Below are positions 40,640-52,607 of a stretch of 64,000 nucleotides of DNA, in pieces. Under the pieces are notes generated by a model, which made no database searches, was not told where the DNA came from, and was given only the letters and a program-made list of their open reading frames with translations. The DNA comes from Takakia lepidozioides (Eukaryota; Plantae; Bryophyta): the NCBI GenBank assembly GCA_030704615.1, contig CM060732.1:50902001-50966000 (forward strand), given 5' to 3'. A program made the position numbers and the translations under genes. Position 1 is the first letter of the stretch, and each line of letters opens with the position of its first letter.

Positions 40640-41932
40640 TTAGCTGCACAAGAGATAGCCGGTGTCATTTGAGGCGGGGAAACAATAGAAATGTTCAAGT
40701 CCTTCAAAGTCTGCTCGAGCACAATGGTTGCGCGCTTCTCCAGCTGCAAATGGTACATTTGTCAGTTTTGCAAATAAGGTACTCATCACATTCATGAAGT
40801 CAACAAAGATGGAATTTCTTTGAATGCACACCCGACTCCAAAATATAGCCTTGTGAAGCCAGTTGTCAAACACAATGTCACTGATTCCTTCCACCTTTGT
40901 GCCAGGCTGTATAGTGCTATTTGGGAACTGATTCAAGTCCTTCACTATCTGATATGAGTTCCAAATCTCCAGCCAGAATGCTCCAAGCTCGTATTGCAAG
41001 CACCACGGAAGTGCCTGATCCAGGATATGATCGGGTGTACACAATGATCACTTTGACATCTGCTGTTCATGACAAGGCCTACGACATCACGGTTTCCAAT
41101 TTCCCCAATTGCACATGTCCTGATTTTGTGAGTATGCTATCAACCAGTTTGGGCAAGAGAGGTAAATTCATACCCTGCAAACATTTGTATTTCGTATTTT
41201 TGAAGAGGATGGTTTGCGATCCCAAACGTAACAACTTCGTTCCCTAGGCCACTCTGAGTTTCAACGAGGTCGATACTCTATTGCAGCGGGATACAAACAC
41301 ATGGGTAGCATCAACTATGCAATGTGGTATGTGGACGACCATGCTATGAAATGTGAAATTCAAATCAATTCGTTTGCAACATCGTCGGCGGTCCAATGAT
41401 ATGGCGTCCCTTATCTCTCCATTATGCTTCCAACTATACTGAGTGAGCTCTGAGTGACAACTTTTAAAAGCACATGCATCATTGCACCGTTCGAAGTCTA
41501 CATGTCTTCCTGTCGTTATGCACTTCAATCATCTTTTGAAGATGATCCTAACTCTCATTGTTATTTGGGGAGGGAGGAAGATTATCCCATGGCAGCCTCT
41601 ATGGCGCACACTTTGTGAGGATATTTTCTCGTCGTCGTAATTGTAAAAGTGAAACAAGCAATGTTGGATGCTACAATTGTAGGCCTCATGGTAGTCTTGA
41701 TTGTATTCAGGCAAGGATTCCCTGCATTAATCCCACGGTCATAGGACCATCCTCGGTTATAGGCGGCGCATGTTAATGCTGACGTGGCATATGACGGCGC
41801 AATGCCACATCATCATTTGCCGCCACATCAGCCTGCTGACATGACGCTCACGCCACGTCAGCATGGGTGCAGGCTCACGCAACGTCAACTGGCGTGAGCG
41901 TACGCTCGCGCGCTCACGCCATTGCGTCGTTG
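40640..41932 (+). mobile_element. Internally deleted, diverged relative of the MULE at 46225-56742
   Basis: About 40660-40973 matches 49420-49731 and about 40975-41932 matches 55765-56742 (SWIM end and the same terminus CCATTGCGTCGTTG); left boundary not found. Confidence 0.8.
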
Positions 41933-44900
41933 ATTACAAAGAGGAGGACAAGCGTCATTTTTTTCGTGGGGAATGGAGATACAATAGCTACATCCGAGGC
42001 ATCCGAGGCATACACATGCGACAATCTACGCTGCAAATATGCATCATCCCAATTATCCACTATCCATCCACAAAGAAAACCCTGCTTTGATACTACGTAC
42101 TCACATGCCCCCCATTTTTTTGTGATTTTGGTCTCCAAGTATTTCTGTATGAAAGTCATTACAAAGTAGCCACATTCCCAGCCGCTTGGTTGTTGTGGCA
42201 CCTCAGGTTGCAGCCACTCCCATGCCATTATTTCATTCCAAAGTACCGAGTCCGGTTCGGCTTTGTGTAGGTATGCTCTAAAAGTGCGAAGACGCGTTTC
42301 AAAGGCAAGTCGGCTATGGGATTTGAATGATGTCATGGAATTCAGATGAACAAACTTGGACTTATCAAAAACCATCAAATTCCAATGGCCCCTGCAGAAC
42401 GCACATGTGTTTGAGGCCAGACTAATGCTTTCCATTCTCCAAATCAAATCAAAGTCGGTCAAAGCTACAAAATAGGAGGATTGAGGGACGTACCCAGAGC
42501 ATAAGGGGACGAACCATGTCTGAACCTTATCTAGATCCTTCCCTGGGCTCTTCTCAGTTACCCAATCATTTACAAGCCCTTTGGAAATCCTGTGAAGGTC
42601 GTCCTTGGATGATGCCTCCAAAGCCGTCCATATCAATGTGTCCATCACAGCCCACCAGCAAGGATTACTCTCCTCCAGGGATAGCTGCAAAATATTGGCA
42701 TACAAAAACACCCCTTCATCCCCCGCTTCCCCATACAATTTTGACAACCGTAGATAATCCCATGAACCCAGAATGGACTCCTGTGGAGTGCCTTTGAAGA
42801 AAACAAGGCAGCCCTTGTCCTCTGGGAGCTTTTCCCTCAGTCTATTCTGGTTTCTGCATTGTACACAAGTTCACGAAGTCACACAGGCAGGCAATTAACT
42901 CTTAAGGGTGTTTTCAAGCAACCACATGAAGGACCACAGAGAGACACAACAGCCCGCGACAGAGCATATACATGGAGGGGAGCAGGCATGACATCGGGAA
43001 CAACATTGGGGGATGACACCTCGGGTGATAGAGCACTGAGGGGGGGACCGGAGGGAGTCACAGTAGCATGCGAGAGAGTAGACAGATGTGGGGAAGAAGA
43101 GTGGAAGTCAGGAGCAGACAGGGGGCGACCAGGGTCACACACGGATGCATGCTTCGTAGAAGGCAGATCTGGGGGAGCAGACAAAAAATCGGGAGTAGAG
43201 GAGTGGGCTGCCAAGGCTAAAGGGAGATTAGAAAGGGAGGGAGCAGTGATACACACTAAAGCAGTACCAGATGAGGGGGGAGCACAAAAAGAAAACTCAT
43301 GCGAGGAGGGAGATGAGTCCGATGGGATAGCATGCGGTGAGACGAGGGTAGCCACTTCTGGGGGAGCAAATAATGGAAGAAGTGCAGAGGCGGGGGGATC
43401 ACATGGTTGGGGAGGAGTGGCAGAGAGGGCGGCAGACACAGAGGGGGGGGGGGCGGAGAGGAGGGTAGCACCTGGTGCGGTTCACAGATTTGAAGGGGAG
43501 CAGCGGCGGGACATCACATGATGGGGCAGCAGAGACAGAGAGGGTAGCAGAGAGGAGGGCCGCTCCTTGGGAGCGATCAGAGATAGGAAGGGGTGAAGAG
43601 GTAGGGACAGCAGAGACAGCAAGGGCAACGGAATATTCCTTTGGGGAGTCTAAAAGAATACTGTGAGGCAGAACAGTATGAGAGGGGATGGGATTGACAT
43701 CAACTTCCGCAATGGTGTGTAGAAACCTGCCGTCGGAGATTCCACTTGAAAAGTCTCTGTATGAGGCGCTTGAAGGTCTTCAACCTATGAGGGTGTTGGC
43801 GACGCCATCGGCGATGCATGGTGGAACAACTGTGATGAATTGAAGGCGTCCACGTCGATGGGGGAAAGGTGAGGGGCATATGGTGACACTCGTCGGTCGT
43901 ATAGTTCATGTCTTCTCGCCAACAACACCTTGTTTGCTCGTAAGACCTCCTCCATGGCATTTTGAACTCCAACATCAGCTGCCTCAGCCTCACCTATCAC
44001 AGAGACAAGCGTTTGTGTCTTAGCTTTGACCCCCGTGATCCCGTGATCCCCCAATCCCCGACTGTAAAGTCTGCTCCCCCCTTTATCTATTCCAATTCTG
44101 ATCTTCACAATGACAGGCTGTTGGAGAGGCAAAACATACACTTACTCAAAAGATGCACGTAGCGTCCCAAATCAATGTGCTCCCGCCTAAACAATAGATC
44201 CTCCCAGGCCTTGGCTGCACGTCGTATCCTTTTGGCATCGTTGCCCTTCCACCACAAAACTTGGAAGTGGGCGGTTTTCGTTGCTGCAAATTCATGAAAC
44301 GCTCGGGCACGCACCATGCAAAGAAATGCTCGACAGGAGTCGACGATCTGCATTTTGTCCTGCATTGTACCATATCTAAGCTGACCCTCTGCCAGGAGCA
44401 CTTCTTTCAACATAGTCTCCTGATTCTGAAAATTCCCAAACGTCCGCCAACCTCCATGCAAGAAGAGTCCAAATCCATGGTAGGGCAGTCTGCGGTGCAA
44501 AAAGCATCATGATATGACTTGGGGCAGATGTCGTGTCTTAAATTGGCCAAAGGATACAAGTGTGAAACATGGGGTCGAGGGTCCATGGTAGAAAAAACTT
44601 GGAGGGGAACAAGGACCGGAGGCAGTCGGGCTGGACATTGACGTTTCAGCCAGGTGACAATGGCATCAGATTCCTCGGCAGTTCTTAGGAGAGGGAATTC
44701 AGGAAGCAGACGTCGAACGTCCTGCTCTTCCAGCAATAGTTCAACAATATCAAACTGGAGATCTACAGATGAGGGGGGGGAGCAGAAGAGGGGGGAACGG
44801 TGCAAGGGGGACATGACGTGGGGGGACCTGATATGGGGCGAGCAGACCTGTCTGCTGCTGGCTGCTCACGGTTGTAGGGATATTTTTTCTTTGGCTTTCT

Positions 44901-45542
44901 ACTCCAAGTGACAGCGAGTTCAGGCTGCACTTTGGCTTGTCTCTCACGGGCGGAGGGTAAAGTAGTAACAATCTTAACCTTTTTTGCCCCCTTCTTTGGT
45001 TTGGTGTGCTCAAAATCGGTGTCGGACCCACTACGTCTACTCCTCTTGTGAGGGGCAGCCACTTGTGACGGTGCAGGCGCATCAGGCTTCCGTTTTCTCG
45101 CTCCTTTGGGCTGCTGCTGTCGATCAGTAGGGGACACGTCGTCTCCTGGTACGTGCCGCGCTTCGGGGTTTGTACACCCTCTCAACCTCTCCACAAAATG
45201 AGTAACCTGCTTCGGGAACTCGGCAGCGGGCCAGGGTTTTAGTGGCAACTGAACCTCGTCCCAACCATCCACCATGTTCAACCAAGGACAACCCTCCCCA
45301 TCAATGACATGCCTATTCAACCTAACCTTATCCTTCATGGGCCGCCCACAAAACTTGCACTTATAGGGATTCCTTTGTTTCGCGCCATCACGAACTCTGA
45401 GGTCCGCCTCTGCCTCCACTATCATCTCCTCCCACTCAGCTGGCATATACCAGAAATGAACCTCATCCCCTTTCTTAGGCTTGTGCCAAAAAACCAGCAT
45501 ACCATCCTCAGGGGGGATAACCTTAGGCCTAGTCTCCGCCAT
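41933..45542 (-). pseudogene. TE-associated gene: N-terminal zinc-finger-like region, low-complexity middle, C-terminal Ulp1/peptidase C48 SUMO-protease domain
   Basis: YKCKFCGRPMKDKVRLNRH..C; FVPLCSG|GHWNLMVFD (GT-AG intron 42392-42493), HLNS, PEVPQQPSGWECGYFV; 3' end abuts a MULE terminus. Confidence 0.65.
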
Positions 45543-46429
45543 CGGCAACGAGCACACGACGCCGAAATACAGAAAATAAAAAGCAAGGAACAGAAGCCAG
45601 AGAAAACAAAGAAGAGCACACGGATTGCAACGAACAAAAGGAAAACACACAGCATAGACAACAAAGAGGAGATGAGTAGAGCAGCAGAAAAACCACAACG
45701 AAGAGCCGCCACCGAAGAGTCACTTCGCGAGGAAGACATTCCGCACGTGCAGTGTACCTAGGGGAGTGGGCACGTGGGGGAGCAAGGGATCAGTCGATGG
45801 ACACGTGTCAACAGCACCAAAGTGGGGGATCACTGATGTCAACACGTGGGGAGATCTGGGCGGTCATAAGGGGGAGCAAGCATGGGGAGATGTGAAGGGG
45901 GAGCGAACCCCTAGCCACTCCTAGAACATGGGGATCAAAGTAGGGGGACCAGACACGTGGGGGGATGTTAGTAAAGGGGAGCTGATATGTGCGGAGAGTA
46001 CTGGATATGACATGCATGACGATTCTGTGGTCAGGGAGGTGACACGTGGGCAGTGAAGACAGGGGGAGCGGCGGGGGGGACTAGACAATGGGGGAGCAAA
46101 AAGTCAGGAGGGAATGGATGTTTGGGGGTTTGCAAGTGACGGATTCAGGGAGGGAGACAACTCATGAGAGGAAGGGGACCAAAACTGCAGGGGCAGGGAA
46201 CATGAGAAGAGACCGTTGTGTAGGCAGGGATGCCTCGGCGTGAGCCTGGTCACGTGAGCGCGTGAGCGCAACTGCGCTCACGCCACGTCACCTTGCGCAA
46301 ATGCCACGTCACGGGGCTCAGTCCACGTCATCACACGTGAAGGCCGAGTCACCACGTGCCCAGAAAGAAATGGAGTGTATTCCCGCGGATTGGCACCCTT
46401 TACCGGCGAAACAAGCTGGACGACATAAT

Positions 46430-46800
46430 AAAAGGCATTGAATAAAGGATGGATGAATGTACAGTTGGATGATAACAGATGGATGAATGTGAAAAATGTA
46501 TGTAGATGGATGAATGACCGATGGATAAGAGTAAAATGGATGAATGTATAATGGATGTTGAGCAATGACAAAAATTCATGACAGGAAGATGCATGACCAA
46601 ATCTTTTGACGAATGCACAAAGTATATGAAATGAGTGTGGAAGGTTTGTGGGGTGGATTAAAGAGTACAGAGGATGAATGTACAATGGATGTTGTACAAA
46701 GGAAGCTTTCATGAATGGAGCACGCATGAATACAGTGTAGATGAATGCACAATGGATATGAGAAGAGTCAGGAAGGTTTGTGAGATGGATTCATACATAT
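46430..46800. repeat. Subterminal GGATGAATG short-repeat cluster
   Basis: About six (g)gatgaatg words plus many atggat words. Confidence 0.6.
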
Positions 46801-47010
46801 AGCAATTTAAACGAAAGTTGATTCTGTGATTATTATTTGTTCTAAAGGAACAACTACGGTGGAGGAAGGGGATTCAACGTTTTCCAGATAATATGAAAAT
46901 GAATATTAAAAAATACAGTTCAGTCTGACTCAGAGTCAGTACAATGTATCCCCTCTTCCTCTGCATCTAAGTCTAAGTATTTTAGAACACCGGATCCACG
47001 CTGGATACAC

Positions 47011-50000
47011 CTACAGGCAGATCGCCTCGAACATCCTCGTCTGGCAAAGATAGCAGGTTAGTGTGGTAAACCCAAATCTATAGTGGAAGTGTGTACATCG
47101 GCTATTCAGAACTCTGACACAAAAAATCATGAATCGTTGATGATCGGTGTCGATCATAAAATATTCTACTAGAGTGGAGCTGCAGAGAAAATTGAAACTC
47201 ATGATCAAAGCACAAGCAGAAGGGAGACGGCATACCAGCTGACCAGGGAAACCCCCTTTCACAAGGTAGAGGCTGTTCACACAATTCCATGTGCGCAAAA
47301 CTTCAAACCCTGAAGACTTGAGGTATGATGCCAATGCCCGACGACTATCATTGTCACATGACTGAAAAAGCAGAAGTGTCCCTGCATCAGAGAGGAAATT
47401 GTTACAGAACCCGAACACCCAACTCCAGTAGTTGTCCTCGAATTTGTTCCAGCCTGGCGTCTTGCCCTTTGGAAGAACTTCTGGCACAGCCTGGCCATCC
47501 GGGATGTCGAGAATGACAATGTCGGCCGCATAAGTTTTCTGCACACCGCACACGAAGGTGGGACCTGTGCTCACCTGCAACAGACATGTTTTTTATAAGA
47601 ACGATGGCAAGAATGTTTTCAAAGAACGAGACTGAAATACTGCCAACGAAACTTTCAGAGAAAAAGGAAAGAAACTGGAATTCTCACCAGATTGAGGAAT
47701 GAGATTATATTGTCCCAGGTAGGGGATGGCACCCCAGTGTATCCTCTCTTTCGACTCTGCATCATCGAAAGCCAACCCTCATTAACAATTTTCATCTCTC
47801 CTGCTGAATCAGAACGGGAAGGGTGTGGCTTGGCATCGAACACGCACTGAAGAGTGCGGGTATATCTTCCAGCACTAAAGTCCTGCCCACTCTCCATCTC
47901 CTTTTCATTCTCCTTCCCCTTGTCCTTTTCCTTCTCTTTGGACTTGTCTTTGTCCTTTGGCTTTGCTGGTGAGATGGCTATGACATCAACAGCCTTGTCT
48001 TTTGGTTTGCGGCCCGCCTTCTTTCCCTTCTGCGGCGTTCCCTGAGCATCAGGCTCCTTGGCAGCCAAGGTTGCTATGTTTCGTTGATACTCTTCGTCAG
48101 TCAAAGGCGCCAGCATCTCAGCGTTATTGTTCAAGTATTTCATATGCTGTTCTTGAAAGGTCGTGTGCTCAGGTGGCAGTCAAGGTACCACCCACAGTCT
48201 CTGAAGTGAGAAGGACTCCAGTCCTTCAATATCCCTGCAGTATACATGGTTGGATCGTTTGCAGGGTCCGACCACATGTCAAGATAGTCGGGAATTCCGC
48301 TCAGGTGATTTCCTTCCATAAGCACATATTTCGTGTACCTGAAAAAAGGAGATAAATCCCAACCCACAAAAGCGCTCAGTGAGTAAGATGCAAGTAGAAC
48401 AGAAAGAATAAAACATAGATTGAAATGGCTCTGACAACTGCTCCAAGGACCTTTCAGGACCACACTACTGCTCCAGATATGAATGTCGTCAACGCCATTC
48501 AGAACATTCCATTCCATGACACTGTAAATACATCCTAATCCAGGTGAATGCAAATAATCGTTTAGAAATGACACAGACAGAAGTGAATGTCGTCAACGAC
48601 ATTCAAGAATGAAGCCAAATTATTACTTAAATGAAGCAAAATCACAGGATGGAAAATAAAAAAATTGAGTAAGGAACCCTCCAGGAAAACTCAATGCACA
48701 TTCATAACGAACCTATCACTGAGGACCTCACAACATCACTGTATGTGAATGGCGTCAACGCCATTCACAAAAATACAAAAAAGAAACCAATTACTTAGCT
48801 CCCCAATCCATGTAAATTGAATTTGTCGTGTTGAATAATACAGACACAGCTGTGAATGTCGTCAACGACATTCACTTTGGATTTCTTAAACAGAGCTTAT
48901 CAAGCCTCCACATTCATCGCAAGAGGCAAAAACAATGCAGAACAACTGAATGTCTGCATTGACATTCAGCAAAATGAAGTGAGGAACCCTCACTGTAACC
49001 TCTATGGACATTACAAAAATTTAAATAACCTTGAGGACCTCTCAACAACTCCGTATGTGAATGTCGTCAACGCCATTCAAGGACATTATCAATTCTAATC
49101 AGGGACAATATAATTGCACCCTTAGATCCTAACCAGGTGAATTCATATACTCGCTTAAGAATGACTCAGACAAAGAAGTGAATGTCGTCAACGACATTCA
49201 ATCTGGATCTAAGATTGCAATCCATATGAAGCCACATTTTTTCCCAAAAAAACAGTAGAGTTTCAAGTATGACATTGCACCTGTACACAACTCGCATCAT
49301 GGCCCACTCTCCTCCAACCTGACTGTCAAAGTCGTTGGACCGTAAAATGTTACCATCTTTGGAACTCCCGGAAAAAACAGTATCTCCAGGTGAGACCTCT
49401 CCACTTCCTTATGTATGCCTCCAATGACATTTGGGGAGGGGAAACAATCGCATGTTCAGGTCCTTCAAAGTCTGATCCAGCACAATGACGGCGCGCGCTT
49501 TTCGAGCTGCAAATAGTATATTTGTCAGAATTGCAAAAAAATACACATCACATACTTGAAGAGAAGAAACAGCATGTTCGAATACACACCTGACTCCAAA
49601 ATGTAGCCTTGTGGAGCCAGTTATCAAACACCAAATCACTGATTCCTTCCACCTTTGTGCCAGGCTGTATGGTGCTCTTTGGGAACTGATTCAAGTCCTT
49701 TACTGTTTGATCTGAGTTCCATATCTCCAGCACCTTATTTTTGTTTGTGGGTCGACCATCGATATGGCCAGCCGGTGCAATTTTTCTCCTGCTGCATCTC
49801 CGGATGCACATGCTTGTCATAGTGTGTTTTGATCTGCTGAAGGAACTCAGGACCAAGTCCAGGATCTACTATTCTAAGCTGCTTTCCGAAGGCTGACATC
49901 AATTTGGTTCTTCGCATCTCAAACTCCTTCTTTATTGCAGCTTCCACACCCTTTGATGTCCTTAGTTCTGGTGTAGTGGTAATATTCGGATTTTCCCTTC

Positions 50001-51757
50001 TCAGCTGCCTCTGCCAGTTCTTGCTGCATTCATTCAAGTAGTGATTAGCTCCGAAGGGACTACAAACATGTATTCGAAAAGTAAACAGATTACAGACTCG
50101 GGCTTACCGCATACATGTACTCCAGAAACGCCTCTCGTGTCAAAGAATACCAAGTGCCTGCAGCTCTTCCTGTTTCGCACTTCTTGATGATATTGGGTGG
50201 TAGTACTGTCCGAAAATCATCCAGCTTCATCAGACCAATCCTCTGAATTCGGAATAGTGTGTGAACCAAGCTTGTTGTCACATGCGATTTCTCTGTCGAT
50301 CTGCAAAAACATTGAAACATTGCATTCCTTAACACTGTTTTTTGAGGATTAACAAGACACTACAGAGGGAATGAAATCTCCTGGATGACTTACTTGTTCA
50401 CGTCGTGCATAGCTGTAAGAAGCCTAGCGATGTCGTTTCCTGGATCCAAAACCATTGCCTCCACAGCAACATGCTTGTCTTTGTCTTTCGAATGGTGTTT
50501 CTGAATGTATCCCCATCCATGCCAGCAATCGGTGGTTGCCCGTCCCACGTAGAACATGTGGTTGCAGAATTGCTGGTGTTTCTTTCCCATCATGAGGCCC
50601 AGCTCGAACTCCTCATTGGCATCTTTCCAGCACTCATCCCAGTTATCACTGATCTCTGGAGAAACTAATGTGCTTTCCCATTTATATCCGTCAGTGACAC
50701 ATAAAAAACTTGTGCACCAAGTCTATATCCATGCACAAAATCACTCTCCAATTTTGTTATGTCATGGGAAAGAGGTGGACGCACAACAGCATTGATATCA
50801 TCCGGCACAGAGGTATGTCCAGACGCCCTCCAGATACGAGCATGTCCCTTATAACCTCCTGAGAGTTTACCTTCTGGAATGACATGAGTTCTTTCACCTT
50901 GTCAAGGTAGTGCACTTCGGATTCATCTGCTTCATCTGTATTCTCTGAGCTTTTTGCGGACTCGTCCCCATCTCAGATCCTTTCCCCTCTGATCCTGTAG
51001 GCTTCGACCTCACAGTTTTCTGCACGATGCCATTCAGTTTCTGACTAAGTGATTTGCAAATAGTGAATGGCGGTAACGACCATCACTCTGTATCAAGGAA
51101 ACTCACCATGAATGGTGTGAAAGAATTCAGCACAATCTACACATGCAAAGCCGAGACTGCCGTATTCAAAACAAAAGCGAGAGCGATAGCGAACGGCGTT
51201 AACGACAATCACAAAAGATAACAACCTGCCGGATCGGTGTTGTGTAATGACATACATGTGCAACTGATTGGCGGCAACGACATTCAGTGTAGTTTAGGGA
51301 GAATAGTAAGTGCAGACTCTCTCTTCAAACACATAGGTACATAAATCTCATGAGGAGAATCGAATGGCGTTAACGACGCTCGCGATTCAGTAGTTCCTGC
51401 TAAAGAATGGAAGAGGAAGGACTCCTTGAAAGGCAATCAGACAGACTATATGATAAACTTACTGGCACCTTCTTAGGTTTTGAAATTTGATCCCCTTCTG
51501 CAGCTTTCTCTTCCCTCTCACATCTGCTGGAGTTTCTGTCTGCGCAAGGGTTTCTTGACCTTCTCCAGGTTCGGCGTTCCGCGTGCTTCCACCTTCTTCA
51601 GTGTCCCTGCGATCATCTCTGCCTCCACAGGCTGGCGCACTCTTATCGCCGACTGTGTCGCAGCCGCTGCCTCAGTCTCCGTCTGCTCTTGTGAATCAGT
51701 CTCCGCGTTCACCTGCTGCCTTGGCCCTGTGTTCTCCAACAAACGACGCCTCGTCAT
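47011..51757 (-). CDS. MULE cargo gene (spliced, frameshifted): charged N-terminus, ParB/Srx-like region, Lys-rich linker, N6/N4 amino-methyltransferase-like C-terminal region
   Basis: ATG at 51757; intron 51020-51462; IPLCRM..VRPPL..LESDFVHGY..FYV(W)DGNHRLLAW read across indels at about 50.5-50.8 kb; ADIVILDIPDG..WNKFEDNYWSWVFGFCNNFLSDAGTLLLF..LKSSGFEVLRTW in exon 47236-47574. Confidence 0.6.
48481..49199. repeat. Seven 20-bp palindromes GAATG(T/G)CGTCAACG(A/C)CATTC in an intron
   Basis: Copies at 48481, 48585, 48747, 48854, 48948 (variant core), 49059 and 49180. Confidence 0.9.
51065..51381. repeat. Four degenerate copies of the same 20-bp palindrome in intron 1
   Basis: 51065 gaatggcggtaacgaccatc; 51191 gaacggcgttaacgacaatc; 51266 gattggcggcaacgacattc; 51362 gaatggcgttaacgacgctc. 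Confidence 0.75.
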
Positions 51758-52607
51758 TTTCTCTCTTGCTCTGCGTCTCTCTCTAAGGGAAGTAAAATAA
51801 AGAGACTTTCTTCTCTTTCGTATTCTAGAAGGAACCCTCTCCAGCTTGACTACCACTCTCCCTCTAAGCGCGAAAAGTAGAAAAACGCAGTGACTCCCGA
51901 TTTCTTGCGGGATTGCCTGTGTTCTTGCGTGTCTCTAGAAGCATCGGATTCCCTCCCGCGTGACCGTTACACATAGTCGTTTCCTTATTAGTGCACATGC
52001 CAGCAATTGGTGTACAGCTGTTCGTTCAGTTATGGATGTCTGACGTGTGCCGCCCAAAAAAAACGGCGTGTTCTTTATTATAACGGGTTCAATATTTAAA
52101 AGAACAGCGAATCCCAGAAATTGATGCGCAGTCTTAAACAAATAAATATAAATGAACGAGAGTTTGATGACAAATTTTGGAATATCATACACGGTCATCC
52201 TTGTTATCCAAACCCCACATTCGTTTCACATTTGGAACTTTCCAGGTGCGCATGATCATTGGTAGTAGTATATAGATACATTTACTTAATCTGCAATCCC
52301 ATTCTCAGATCCTGTGGCATGCTTCCAGGAAGTCGGCTTTGTTATTGGGTTTATTGATGAGGTTCTGATTAACGGTTTAACAGTTGCCGACACTGCCCCT
52401 AGGATACTCTGACCACTGGGCCCACAAGAAAAGTAATTAAAATGGACGGCTGCATATCTGGAATGAATAACAGAATATGCACAGTCGTTATCTGAGCTTC
52501 CTCCGCCATATTCTCTGCTCATTCTTCAACTGTGTTCTGGAGACAGCAGTAAACCGATTTACACTAGATCTGCGATAGCAAGGTACAAACATACTCGAGG
52601 AAGGAAG

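Noticed and set aside
48481-49199. CRISPR array interpretation of the palindromic repeats
   Set aside because: Eukaryotic intron, no cas genes, and spacers are 74-142 bp, uneven and partly duplicated from each other
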